This document shows, piece after piece, positions 45,656-55,743 of a stretch of DNA of 64,000 bases; the stretch's first letter is position 1, and every line of letters begins with the position of its first letter. The notes beneath the pieces are model-generated. The model was not told the DNA's origin and did no database searches. It saw nothing but the letters and a program-made list of their open reading frames with translations. The position numbers were made by a program, and so were the translations under genes. Where the stretch lies: the NCBI GenBank assembly GCA_046075565.1, contig JBJTQJ010000040.1, forward strand, positions 1-64,000. Direction: 5' to 3'. Origin of the DNA: Verrucomicrobiales bacterium (GTDB lineage Bacteria; Verrucomicrobiota; Verrucomicrobiia; Verrucomicrobiales; SLCJ01).

Positions 45656-47008
45656 ATGCCCACCGTTTACATCAAAACCTACGGCTGCCAGATGAACGAA
45701 CGCGACTCCGAGCAAGTCGGAGAAATGTTCATCGAGCGGGGCTATACCCTGACCCGACGCGAGGACGACGCCGATGTCATCCTCATCAACACCTGCAGCG
45801 TGCGCGATCAGGCCGAACAAAAGGCGCTCGGCAAGATGGGTTTGATGGGCCGCCACCGCCGCCGCAAACCCCATCTCGTTTACGGCTTCATGGGATGTAT
45901 GGCGCAAAGCCGCGGCTCGGAACTTTTCGGGACCATTCCTCACCTCGACCTCGTGGTCGGCACCCAGAAATACCATCGCGTGGTGGATCATGTGGATACC
46001 ATCGTGCGCGCCCGCGAAGAAGCCGAGATGGATGATCTGCGATTCGCCATCACCGACACGGAGGAAGAAGCTGGGTCTCAAAACACCATCCGCGATCACG
46101 AAATCACCGATGGCCAGGCCACCGCCTTTGTTTCCATCATGCAAGGCTGCAACATGAAATGCAGTTTCTGCATCGTGCCTTACACGCGGGGTGCCGAACG
46201 CTCGCGCCCTATCACCGACATCGTGCACGAAGTTCGGGGGCTCGCGGACTGCGGCGTGAAAGAGGTCACGTTGTTAGGACAAATCGTCAATCTCTACGGT
46301 CGCACCGAATTCGAACGCATGGATGGCAAGAGTCCGTTCGTGCAATTGCTGGAAGCCGTGCACGAGGTCGGAGGCATCGAGCGCATCCGCTTCACTTCCC
46401 CGCACCCGATTGGTTACCGCGAGGATCTCGTGGCCGCGTTCACCTATCTGCCCAAACTCTGCCCCCATATCCACTTCCCCATGCAGAGCGGCAGTGATCG
46501 TGTGCTTAAGCTCATGCGCCGTCCCTACAAGGCGGAAAAGTTCCTCGAGATCTGCAATCAGATGAAAGCCGCGCGGAAAGGGCTCGCCATCACGACCGAT
46601 ATCATTGTCGGTTTTCCGGGAGAAACGGAAGAAGACTATCTCGCCACGCGCGCCATGGTCGAGACCATCGGCTTCGACAACGCCTTCATCTTCCGCTATT
46701 CGACCCGCCGGGGCACGCCGGCCAGCGACTTTGAGGAACAAGTGCCGGAACGGATCAAAGAGGAACGCAACCAGGACCTGCTCGCGCTGGTCAATCGCCT
46801 TGCCATCGCCCGCAACAGCGCCCTCGTCGGCAGCGTGCAGGAAGTTCTGTGTGAAGGACCCAGCAAAACCAACAAAGAGCGCCTCACGGGACGAACACCG
46901 CACAACAAACCCGTGATTCTTGATGGCCCCCCGCACCTGCGCGGGAAAATTTTCCCGGTCGCCATCCGCGAGACCACCGGCTTCACCCTCTACGGCGATG
47001 TCCTGTGA
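45656..47008 (+). CDS. miaB: tRNA methylthiotransferase MiaB
   Basis: TYGCQMNERDSE, NTCSVR..AE.K, GCMAQ, GCNMKCSFCIVPYTRG.ERSR, IRFTSPHP, TRAM tail. Confidence 0.97.
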   Translation: MPTVYIKTYGCQMNERDSEQVGEMFIERGYTLTRREDDADVILINTCSVRDQAEQKALGKMGLMGRHRRRKPHLVYGFMGCMAQSRGSELFGTIPHLDLVVGTQKYHRVVDHVDTIVRAREEAEMDDLRFAITDTEEEAGSQNTIRDHEITDGQATAFVSIMQGCNMKCSFCIVPYTRGAERSRPITDIVHEVRGLADCGVKEVTLLGQIVNLYGRTEFERMDGKSPFVQLLEAVHEVGGIERIRFTSPHPIGYREDLVAAFTYLPKLCPHIHFPMQSGSDRVLKLMRRPYKAEKFLEICNQMKAARKGLAITTDIIVGFPGETEEDYLATRAMVETIGFDNAFIFRYSTRRGTPASDFEEQVPERIKEERNQDLLALVNRLAIARNSALVGSVQEVLCEGPSKTNKERLTGRTPHNKPVILDGPPHLRGKIFPVAIRETTGFTLYGDVL

Positions 47009-48287
47009 CCCGAAACCACCCCAAAGGAGAGGCTGCGCCGGGAAAATCCGGTCGTCGATTCTGATTGCCGCGTTAGCGGTGATATCGTCGGGTTTGTTGT
47101 GGTTGAATGTGAGGCTCTATAGCCCTCCGCCCGGTGCGGCGCAGCGCGGCGTGGTCGCGGATGATGCGCCGCAGCAACTCGCGAACATCAAGCGAAGGCT
47201 TCGCGATGGCGAAGGAGGAGACATGCAGAAGATTTTCCCAGAGGGCTGGTTCTTCAGTCACGCGCTTTACGGGATGGCATGGATAAATGTGGGAATGCAG
47301 AGCGGGGATGCTGCGGTGAAAAAACGGGCGGCGGAAGAGGCGCGCTGGGTTCTCGAGCGGATGGAATCCGCGGAAGGGCTCGCGCCTTTCACCCGCTCCA
47401 CGCAAGTGCGAAACGGGGTTTTCTATCTCGGCTGGAAAAACCGGCTGCTCGGTGGATTGCTGGCGTTAAATCCCGAGCCCTCCCCCACCCCTGCGGAGGT
47501 CGCGGCATTTCTGCGGCAGAGCGAGGAATTGGGAGCGGCGTTTCGCTCCCATCCCACCCGGCATCTCGACGCCTATCCCGGTTTGGCTTGGCCATGCGAC
47601 AATGTGATGGCACTTGCTTCGCTTCGTCTGCACGACACGCTTTATGCTCCGAAGTTCGCGGATGTGATCAGCGCGTGGGTGGAATTCACCAAAGCGCATC
47701 TCGATTCCGCCACCGGGCTGATAGTTCATGAAATCGACGGGCACACGGGTGCGATGCGCGCCTCCGCGAGGGCATCTACGCAAGTTTATATCCACGCTCT
47801 CCTGCCTGAGTTGGACACCGGGTTCGCGAGAGAGCAATACACGGGATTCCGCCGATTGTTCGTCGAGGACTGGCTCGGCTACTTGCCGGTGCGCGAATAC
47901 CCGAAAGGGCAATCAGGCCCGGGGGATGTGGATACCGGACCGCTCATCTTCGGAATCAGCCCATCGGCCACCGTGGTTTCCATCGCGGCGGCTCGGGCCA
48001 ATGGTGATTGGGAACTGGCGGAACGCAATGTGATCCTCAGCGAAACGATCGGCTTTCCTTGGACCACCAGCGGGGAAAAATCCTTTGGCTTCGGTGCGAT
48101 TGTGGTCGCCGATGCTTTCCTGGTTTGGGGCAAAACATTTGTTCCATGGACTCCAACAGCAGCCGCGGATTTTCCACCCACTACTTCACGTTGGTGGAAA
48201 TGGCGCATCCACGGAATCTCGCTCGCATTGCTAGGAGCACTAATCGCCATCATCTTGCGCCGGAGAAAACCGGTGCCGGTGCAGTGA
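46998..48287 (+). CDS. Membrane-anchored helical-barrel protein, remotely linalool dehydratase/isomerase-like
   Basis: N- and C-terminal TM helices; FPEG..F, YPG.AWPCDN, VREYP.G..G.GDVD.GP motifs. Confidence 0.6.
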   Translation: MSCDPKPPQRRGCAGKIRSSILIAALAVISSGLLWLNVRLYSPPPGAAQRGVVADDAPQQLANIKRRLRDGEGGDMQKIFPEGWFFSHALYGMAWINVGMQSGDAAVKKRAAEEARWVLERMESAEGLAPFTRSTQVRNGVFYLGWKNRLLGGLLALNPEPSPTPAEVAAFLRQSEELGAAFRSHPTRHLDAYPGLAWPCDNVMALASLRLHDTLYAPKFADVISAWVEFTKAHLDSATGLIVHEIDGHTGAMRASARASTQVYIHALLPELDTGFAREQYTGFRRLFVEDWLGYLPVREYPKGQSGPGDVDTGPLIFGISPSATVVSIAAARANGDWELAERNVILSETIGFPWTTSGEKSFGFGAIVVADAFLVWGKTFVPWTPTAAADFPPTTSRWWKWRIHGISLALLGALIAIILRRRKPVPVQ

Positions 48288-48307
48288 TTTTTATATTATG
48301 GTGACGG

Positions 48308-49594
48308 ATGGTCCGAGCAGCGCAAAAAAGCCGTCCAGCCGCGGATTCGCCACCGGGGGTTAAGTCTTTCTTCGGTTGGCTTCCTTGCGCCTTATTGACC
48401 TGTCTCTTCCTTTCTGCCTGCGGGGAGAAGTCCCCTGCCCCAAGCGGCCCGTTGGTTCATGAGGCCTATCTCTGGCAAGACCCACAACGACCCGGAGTCG
48501 CTGCCGCGCTCGCAACTGCCCGGGGAAAACTTTCCGCCATCGCTATCCTGGCTGCTGAAGGGTCGGCCCGCGAAGGGAAGCTTGTCTTCCGCGAGGTCAA
48601 GAATCTTCCGATTGGCCCGGACATCGCCCATGTCATCCGCCTCGGACAATCCACCATCGAACAGGTTTGGTCGCCCGAGAGTCGGGAGATGATTGCCCGG
48701 CAAGTCGCACGCCTCGCCGCCGCCCGGCCGAGGGAGATCCAGATCGACTTCGATTGCCCGGCCAGCCGCCTTGGAGACTACAAGGAGTTGCTGCTTGCCC
48801 TGCGTGCTAGCGCGGGTCCCGTGCCGCTCGTATTCACCTCCTTGCCGAACTGGCTCGATGCGCGCTCGTTTGCCGATCTCGCCCGCGCTTTTCCCCGCTT
48901 CGTGCTACAAGTCCATTCCCTCGATTTGCCTTCGAAGCCCGGGGAATCGGTCATTCTCTGTGATCCGGATGCCGCCCACCGTGCCGTAGCGAAGGCTTCC
49001 GCCCTCGGCGTTGAGTTCCGTGTCGCCCTACCGACCTACGGGAGCGAGGTGCTTTTTGATTCCAATGGGAAAGTCCTGGATGTCGTGAGCGAGGATTCTT
49101 CCCGCGTGCCTGCCGCCGCCATCGCCAGCCGCCAACGAGTCTTCGCCGATCCGGAAGTCATGAGCACACTCGTTCGCGATTGGACGGCGAATCGTCCGCG
49201 TGGGCTGACCGGCATTTGCTGGTATCGCCTCCCGGTGGAAGGTAACAGGCGAAATTGGACATGGGCGACCTTTGCTGCCGCCATGGAAGGCACGGCCCGC
49301 ACGGGGATAGTGGAGGTGCATGCCGCGCCGGGAAGTGGCGGAGCATTCAATGTGACGCTGGTCAACCCGAGCGACGCCCACGCGCCGATGCCGGAAAAGA
49401 TCTTTTTGCCTGCGGGAACACTTGCCGCCGATGCCACGAGGCCATATCATCCATCCAGCGGCGCTGCTCCAGTTTTTCTTCGCGATTCCGCTGATCCAAT
49501 CTGGCCCTATCTCGCTCCCGGCGAAGGTGTGGTCGTTGGTTGGTTTCGCCATCCGAATCCGCCCTCGAAACTCTCACCAAATCCCCGTCCATGA
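48308..49594 (+). CDS. DUF3142-family lipoprotein (GH18-like TIM-barrel motif)
   Basis: LSAC lipobox; AYLWQ, IQIDFDCP..RL..Y, T.LP.WL, VLQVH, VALPTYG, WYRLP. Confidence 0.8.
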   Translation: MVRAAQKSRPAADSPPGVKSFFGWLPCALLTCLFLSACGEKSPAPSGPLVHEAYLWQDPQRPGVAAALATARGKLSAIAILAAEGSAREGKLVFREVKNLPIGPDIAHVIRLGQSTIEQVWSPESREMIARQVARLAAARPREIQIDFDCPASRLGDYKELLLALRASAGPVPLVFTSLPNWLDARSFADLARAFPRFVLQVHSLDLPSKPGESVILCDPDAAHRAVAKASALGVEFRVALPTYGSEVLFDSNGKVLDVVSEDSSRVPAAAIASRQRVFADPEVMSTLVRDWTANRPRGLTGICWYRLPVEGNRRNWTWATFAAAMEGTARTGIVEVHAAPGSGGAFNVTLVNPSDAHAPMPEKIFLPAGTLAADATRPYHPSSGAAPVFLRDSADPIWPYLAPGEGVVVGWFRHPNPPSKLSPNPRP

Positions 49595-51945
49595 AATCCT
49601 CCGCCATCGGTCTTGGCCTGATCATTTCGGGCTTCCCCGTATTTGCTTGTGGCCCGTGGTTTCCAGATACCGTGCTCGACAACCCGCGATTCGCGCTACA
49701 GGTGCCACCAGTTTGTTATGAAGCGGAGATCGCCGCTCTCTTTCCGAATCGCAAAGCTCCCGCAGAGGCGCCCGCAGTCGCCAATGACGATGTCGCCGCC
49801 GCCATCGAAAACAAAGGTTCGGATTTGCTTTTGCGGCAGATCCCCCGCGAACTCGGGGAGTTGCAAGATTGGTGGAAAAAGAAGGGATTGAATGACGAGG
49901 AGATCTCCCGGCGCTCTAAAGCTTACGTCGATTTGCGGGTGCGTCAGCTCTCCGCCATTGGCAATGTCGCCTTCAAGGAATTCGAGGTGGCGGAACCGGA
50001 TGCCGCCAACGGAATCGCCGAACGTCCTCTCGCTGATATTCTTCCTCCGGATGTGGCGGACTTTGTCGAAGCCAGTCGTCTGGTCATCGTAGGTCGACCC
50101 GGCGAAGCGCGGACCATTTGGCAATCCATTCTTGACCGTCCAGCGGAAGAGAAAAAATTTCGCGCCGCATGGGCCGCCTGGATGTTGGCCAAGACTGGCG
50201 AGGATTGGATCGACGCGGAAAAATGGTATCTGCGCGTCCGCGAGGAAGTCGCCGCCGGTGCCTATGACTGCATCTCGCTCGGCCCGGATGCCGCCGGTTG
50301 GTTGGGCCCGCGCCAGGAAGACCCCATCCAGGGATTGAAACTGCTTGCCCAAGCCTGGTGCGAAGGCCGCAAAGAAGCCCTCATTGATATACGGCGGCTC
50401 GCTCAGGACTTGCTCGAAAAAGCCACTCCTGAAGAACTCGCCGCTCTCGCCCGCGATCCTCTTGCCCGCCAGATCCTGAACATCGAAGTCTTCACCACCC
50501 TCGACAGTGGATGGAATGATGCGGCCATCGACCCGTCGGAACCGTTTCCCTACGCGAACTGGCTTGCCGCCATCGAGAACTATGGCGGCGGCCAAATCGA
50601 ACGAGCCGAACAGATCGCTTGGGCATTGTATTCGCGCGGCCACTACGATGCCTCCCGCGCCTGGCTGGCCCGGGCCGAACCGGGCACGGAGCGTGTGCTC
50701 TGGCTCAAAGCCAAATTTGCTCTGATGGACGGACGCTCGTCGCAAGCCGATCGCGCGCTCGAACGTGCCGTCACTATTGCCAAACGTTCGCCCGATTGGA
50801 AAGCCTCGAATCCCCTCCTTGATGAAACCAGTTGGCTCGACTCTGACGAGCGGCATTCCGCGACCAACGGTCATCTGCTCGCCGATGCCGCTGTGCTTGA
50901 TTTATCACGCGGCGAATACTCCAGTGCCCTTGCCCGCTTTACCGAAGCCGGATACTGGAGTGACGCCGCCTACATCGCGGAGCGGGTTCTCACCACCGAT
51001 GAGCTCGTGGATCACGTCAATCGCCATGCACCGAAGTGGTCGGAGAATCTCACCGCTTACTGGGAGGGCAAACGCCTGGGCAACCCTGAGCCTGATGACA
51101 TCAACGCTGGTGCTCTACAGCCTGTCCCAGAGCTTGAACTCGAGGACAACCCGAAGCCCGAGGACATCAAAGCCGATGCCAAACAAATGCCGGACATGTG
51201 GAACTTCACCGATCAATTCGACACGAAGGATAGGCTCCGCTACCTGCTCGGGCGTCGCCTGACGCGCGAGTTCCGCTTCCGCGAAGCCAGAGCCTATATG
51301 CCCAAGCCTATGCTGCCACTTTACGACCACTACGTTGCGTTGCATCGCGCCGGAATATCCGGCGAATACACTGCCACGGAAAAAATCGCCATCTTGTGGA
51401 ACGAGGCCGCCATCCTGCGCGAATTCGGGTTGGTGATGATTGGCACGGAAGGTGCGCCCGATGGGTTCGAGCGTTGGGGCTCCTTCCCGGCCATCAACTA
51501 CTTCTTTCTCCGTTCGCGCCGCGACGGATGGAAAAACTGGTGGGACTATGAGGAGGAATCCGCCAATCCGCCCGCATTGAAGGAAAAGCTTGAACCCCAC
51601 CAGGTGGCCAATCCACGTGTGAGCATGGGTGAAATCGAGCGTGCACGCAGCCATGCCGTTGTACCAAACCTGCGTTATCATTACCGCTACCGTGCCGCCG
51701 ACATCGCATGGAAAGCAGCTGAACTCGCGCCCGACAACAGCAATACCAAAGTCCACATCCTCAACACGGCTGGAAAATGGCTCGCCAGCCGAGATCCCAT
51801 CGCCGCCGACCGCTTCTACAAAGCCATGGTCCGCCGCAACTGGTCGCACCCACTCGGTCAAACCGCCGACAAAAACCGCTGGTTCATCTCCATGGATGTC
51901 CCGCCCGATCTTCCGCAATTGCCCGAAAAGTTGCGGCCGAAGTGA
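49591..51945 (+). CDS. Large exported helical protein partnered with DUF3142
   Basis: Signal peptide ending FA|CGPWFP; YWSDAAYIAERVLT.DEL, YLLGRRL.RE, RYHYRYRAA; ATGA overlap. Confidence 0.8.
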   Translation: MKSSAIGLGLIISGFPVFACGPWFPDTVLDNPRFALQVPPVCYEAEIAALFPNRKAPAEAPAVANDDVAAAIENKGSDLLLRQIPRELGELQDWWKKKGLNDEEISRRSKAYVDLRVRQLSAIGNVAFKEFEVAEPDAANGIAERPLADILPPDVADFVEASRLVIVGRPGEARTIWQSILDRPAEEKKFRAAWAAWMLAKTGEDWIDAEKWYLRVREEVAAGAYDCISLGPDAAGWLGPRQEDPIQGLKLLAQAWCEGRKEALIDIRRLAQDLLEKATPEELAALARDPLARQILNIEVFTTLDSGWNDAAIDPSEPFPYANWLAAIENYGGGQIERAEQIAWALYSRGHYDASRAWLARAEPGTERVLWLKAKFALMDGRSSQADRALERAVTIAKRSPDWKASNPLLDETSWLDSDERHSATNGHLLADAAVLDLSRGEYSSALARFTEAGYWSDAAYIAERVLTTDELVDHVNRHAPKWSENLTAYWEGKRLGNPEPDDINAGALQPVPELELEDNPKPEDIKADAKQMPDMWNFTDQFDTKDRLRYLLGRRLTREFRFREARAYMPKPMLPLYDHYVALHRAGISGEYTATEKIAILWNEAAILREFGLVMIGTEGAPDGFERWGSFPAINYFFLRSRRDGWKNWWDYEEESANPPALKEKLEPHQVANPRVSMGEIERARSHAVVPNLRYHYRYRAADIAWKAAELAPDNSNTKVHILNTAGKWLASRDPIAADRFYKAMVRRNWSHPLGQTADKNRWFISMDVPPDLPQLPEKLRPK

Positions 51946-51986
51946 AGGGAAAAGGGCGAGGATGCATGGAAACCTACCGACTCAAG

Positions 51987-52059
51987 GTTGGAGTTCGGGC
52001 TTTAGCCCGTCTCATGCCGCAGTGAAAAGGATCCTACGGGCTAAAGCCCGAACTCCAAC
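51987..52059. repeat. REP doublet (REPIN-like) inverted repeat
   Basis: Perfect 24-bp arms GTTGGAGTTCGGGCTTTAGCCCGT / ACGGGCTAAAGCCCGAACTCCAAC, each internally palindromic, 25-nt spacer, between convergent genes. Confidence 0.85.
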
Positions 52060-52111
52060 AAACCAGCAGCAACCATGCCGCTCGGATCGAAGCTCGGCTA
52101 GCGATTGTCCC

Positions 52112-53095
52112 TCACGCTTCCCAAGCGCCGCCACCCGAGATGGCATCGAGGCGCGCGAGTTCCGCGTCGCTGAAGGTTGCGCTTTCCAAAGCCCTGAGAT
52201 TTTCCTCCAGTTGCGGGAGGGTGCGGGCGCCGATGAGCGCGCTTGTTAGGTAGGGCAACTGCAGGACCCAGGCGAGGGCCATGATGGAAAGTGGTTCACC
52301 GCGATCGCGTGCGACCTCCGCGAAGGCTCGGATCTTCGGCAATGCATCCGCGACTTGCCGGGTTTGCAGGAAACCTTCCGGGCGTTCGGCGCGCGATCCC
52401 GCCGGGATTCCATCGAGATACTTGTCGCTGAGCATTCCCTGGGCGAGCGGACTGAACCCGATGCAGCCCACGCCCTCCTCTTCGAGCACGGAGGGAAGAG
52501 CATTCGCTTCCGGCCAGCGGTTGAGCAAGCTGATGGGCGGTTGGTGGATCAAACAGGGCACGCCCATATCCCGGAGAATGTGGATGGCTTCTTTGGCCAG
52601 CGGGCCGGGGTATTTCGAGATGCCCACGTAGAGCGCTTTGCCCTGCTGGACGGCCGTAGCGAGCGCGCCCATGGTTTCCTCGAGGGGAGTCTCCGGATCC
52701 GGCCGGTGGGAATAAAAAATATCCACGTAATCGAGCCCGAGCCGGCGCAGGCTCTGGTCGAGGCTGGCCAGCAGGTGTTTGCGAGATCCGCATTCGCCGT
52801 AGGGCCCATCCCACATGAGATGGCCGGCCTTGGTGGAGATGATCAATTCATCGCGATGCCCGGCAAAATCGCGGCGCAAGGCGCGGGCGAAATTCCGCTC
52901 CGCACTTCCGGGCGGCGGGCCGTAGTTGTTGGCGAGATCGAAATGGGTGATGCCCGCGTCGAAGGCCCGGCACAAAATCGCCCGACCGGTTCGCGGAACA
53001 TCGACATCACCGAAATTGTGCCAGAGCCCGAGCGAGATGGCGGGCAAGAGCAAACCGGAACGGCCACAACGGCGGTAGGGCATGGACGAGTTCAT
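52112..53095 (-). CDS. Aldo/keto reductase, YghZ/Gpr-like
   Basis: [59 protein letters not shown]. Confidence 0.92.
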   Translation of the reverse strand: MNSSMPYRRCGRSGLLLPAISLGLWHNFGDVDVPRTGRAILCRAFDAGITHFDLANNYGPPPGSAERNFARALRRDFAGHRDELIISTKAGHLMWDGPYGECGSRKHLLASLDQSLRRLGLDYVDIFYSHRPDPETPLEETMGALATAVQQGKALYVGISKYPGPLAKEAIHILRDMGVPCLIHQPPISLLNRWPEANALPSVLEEEGVGCIGFSPLAQGMLSDKYLDGIPAGSRAERPEGFLQTRQVADALPKIRAFAEVARDRGEPLSIMALAWVLQLPYLTSALIGARTLPQLEENLRALESATFSDAELARLDAISGGGAWEA

Positions 53096-53229
53096 GGCAT
53101 AAAACATGGACCATCGGCAACCCGAGGCAATCCGAATATCTGGTCGAACCGGTAAAGCGCTTGCTCGTGGAGAAAACAAGCCGATCTTCGGGCAAGCCGC
53201 CGGTTTCCTTTCGCCGGCACCACACGCCC

Positions 53230-53442
53230 ATGCGAGAACACCCCAATGACCCGCTTCACGGCATCACTCTCGAAGCCTTGCTTCGCGAGATGGTGGATCG
53301 ATATGGCTGGGAGGAAATGGCCGCGCGGATGCCCGTGCGTTGCTTCATGTTTGATCCATCCATCAAGTCGAGCCTGACTTTCCTGCGCAAGACACCATGG
53401 GCGCGCAAACGCCTCGAGGATTGGTTCGTGGCGGTGAAGTGA
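53230..53442 (+). CDS. VF530 (DUF2132) family small DNA-binding protein
   Basis: [34 protein letters not shown]. Confidence 0.9.
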   Translation: MREHPNDPLHGITLEALLREMVDRYGWEEMAARMPVRCFMFDPSIKSSLTFLRKTPWARKRLEDWFVAVK

Positions 53443-53473
53443 AAAAGCACCTGACCAAGAGCGCCGGCGTTTT

Positions 53474-54262
53474 TCAGACGTAGTCCCTGAGCGGCACTTT
53501 TCCATTGCTGGCGCAGATGAACATTTTGCCATCGGCCGCTTCGGGGTCGGAAGCGCCGCGGAGGATAACCGTGCCGCCGGCCGCTTCGACGAGAAGGTGT
53601 CCGGCCGCGATGTCCCAGAGGCTGATTTGTTCCTCGATATAGGCATCGAGACGACCGCTGGCGATATAGGCCATGGCGAGCGCGGCACTGCCCATGAGGC
53701 GGGTTTTCCGAACTTCATAGGCGATGCGGCGGTAGCGTTCGAATCCATGATCGAGACTGGCTTTCGATTTGGAAAATCCAACCGTGACAATGGCCTCGGC
53801 GAGCGTGTCGCGGTCGCTCACGTGGATGGCTCTTCCATTCAGCAAGGCCGGGCCACCTTCAATGACCGTCCATGTCTCACCGAGCATGGGATCATGAATG
53901 AGACCGAGCACGGTCCGGCCTTCGTGGCGGAGCGCGATTGAGATGCAGAAATGCGGGATGCCGTAGAAAAAATTCACCGTGCCATCGATGGGATCGATGA
54001 CCCATTGCCAAGGCGCGCCCTGATCGCCGGTGCTGCCTTCCTCGCCGAGGATGACGTGGTCGGGAAAAGCGGCGAGGATGTGGCCTTCGAGGAAGAGCTG
54101 GGTCTCGCGATCCAGGGCGAGTTTGATGTCGTAGGCTTTCTTTTCATCCACCGCCAACTCGCCGCCGAAGGCCTGACGGAGGGTCTGCCCGGCAAGCAGG
54201 GCGGCATTTTCGGCGGTGGCGAGGCAGGAATTGAGGAAATCGGACGGATTGTTGTCGGGCAC
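53474..54262 (-). CDS. Inositol monophosphatase family protein (SuhB-like)
   Basis: ILGEE, WVIDPIDGTVNF, GSAAL.MAY.A.GR.DAY.E, WDIAAG.L.V.AAGG; start approximate (GTG 54262). Confidence 0.9.
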   Translation of the reverse strand: MPDNNPSDFLNSCLATAENAALLAGQTLRQAFGGELAVDEKKAYDIKLALDRETQLFLEGHILAAFPDHVILGEEGSTGDQGAPWQWVIDPIDGTVNFFYGIPHFCISIALRHEGRTVLGLIHDPMLGETWTVIEGGPALLNGRAIHVSDRDTLAEAIVTVGFSKSKASLDHGFERYRRIAYEVRKTRLMGSAALAMAYIASGRLDAYIEEQISLWDIAAGHLLVEAAGGTVILRGASDPEAADGKMFICASNGKVPLRDYV

Positions 54263-54336
54263 GGCGCAGGAATTGGGTTGTTGGAACCATGGCAATGATG
54301 GCACATTTCCGGGGAGCCGCATCCGTTCTTTCCAAG

Positions 54337-55743
54337 ATGGCCAGCCGCGAAGAAAATCTACACCGCACCTATCTGAGGATGACCCGTCAGGGTCGTTCGG
54401 TGGTGCTGCGCGTGCGTCCGGCAGGCTGGCTGGCCTGCCTGCTTTCGATGAGCCTGCTCTTCCTCGGCGCGGATCCCACGCGTTCGCTGGCCTACCAGCT
54501 TTTCGCGCTGATCTTCGCATTCATCTCGGTGGCAAGCATATCGACCATGTTTTTCCGCGTGCGAGGCGAGGCGAACCGCTCGGTTTCTGCAACCGCCATA
54601 CCCGGAGAACCGCTGCATGTGGAAATCGAAGTGCGCAACCTCGGCCGGCGCGCTTGGAAAAATGTCCGGCTGCTGGAAATCCCACCCGCACCCGCGCCGA
54701 CGGTCGAGGAATTTTCCCGGCAAACGGAACCAGGCGAGAAGAAGCGGAATTTTTTCGACCGCTATTTCATCTTCTACCGATTCTCCTGGCTCGGGGAACG
54801 AAGGCAGACATTCCATGTCTCGGCGAGCGAAATATTTGATCTCGCACCGGGAGGGAGCACGAAGGTGAGGATCCGTCTTTTGCCTTTGCGCCGTGGCAGT
54901 CTGGAATTGCGGGATCTGCGCTTGGCCAAGGATGACCTCTTTGGTTTTTTCCGCAGGGTGCGACCGATTGATGCTCCGGTGGTCCGAGTGGCGATTCTTC
55001 CCCGGCCATTGCGTCTCGCAGCCCTTCCTTCGGCGGGCGCGGCCGCGAAACCGAGCCCAGCAGGAGCTTCGCCCGGACATCGTGCCGGCCAATCGGATGA
55101 ATTTCTCACCTTGCGCGAATATCGCCCGGGTGATGCCATGCAACATATCCATTGGGCGGCTTTCGCGCGCGCCGGGATTCCGATCGTGCGCGAGTTCGAG
55201 GATATCCATCAACCGCGGGCGGCCTTGATCTTCGACTCGCTCGTGGGCGATGAGGGCGATGCGATGGAAGTGACCAAGGCCTTCGAACTGGCGGTGCGGG
55301 TGGCCGCATCGCTGGCGGGACGATTGCGCCAGGGCGAGACTTTGCTCGAACTTCTGCTGGTGCAGGGGCGTGCGCATTCCTTCACCGGGGGACCGGGTCA
55401 TTTGCAAATGCGGCGTTTGCTTGAGATCCTGGCATCGGTGCATCCGGAGACACGGGGCTCGTTCGAATCGCTGGAACGTTTGTCGCTCGCGTATGCTCCG
55501 GTCTGTGGCAGCGCCCATTTCATCACGACCCACTGGGATGAAAATCGCGAACGTCTACTCGAGCGCCTGCGCGCGCGGGGGCTTGACGTGAAAGCCGTGC
55601 TGACGCCACCGGCAAAGCCGGCGAGGGAATGGACGGATTTGCCGGCATGGGTCACCGTGCTGCATGCGCATGAAATCGAGCGTCTGGAATTGGAACAACA
55701 CGCCGATGAACCCGCAACCGAAGAGGAGGCGGTGACCGCATGA
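54337..55743 (+). CDS. DUF58-domain membrane protein
   Basis: Two N-terminal TMs, RRG, D.FG, EF..LREYRPGD...IHW...AR, VREFED. Confidence 0.88.
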   Translation: MASREENLHRTYLRMTRQGRSVVLRVRPAGWLACLLSMSLLFLGADPTRSLAYQLFALIFAFISVASISTMFFRVRGEANRSVSATAIPGEPLHVEIEVRNLGRRAWKNVRLLEIPPAPAPTVEEFSRQTEPGEKKRNFFDRYFIFYRFSWLGERRQTFHVSASEIFDLAPGGSTKVRIRLLPLRRGSLELRDLRLAKDDLFGFFRRVRPIDAPVVRVAILPRPLRLAALPSAGAAAKPSPAGASPGHRAGQSDEFLTLREYRPGDAMQHIHWAAFARAGIPIVREFEDIHQPRAALIFDSLVGDEGDAMEVTKAFELAVRVAASLAGRLRQGETLLELLLVQGRAHSFTGGPGHLQMRRLLEILASVHPETRGSFESLERLSLAYAPVCGSAHFITTHWDENRERLLERLRARGLDVKAVLTPPAKPAREWTDLPAWVTVLHAHEIERLELEQHADEPATEEEAVTA

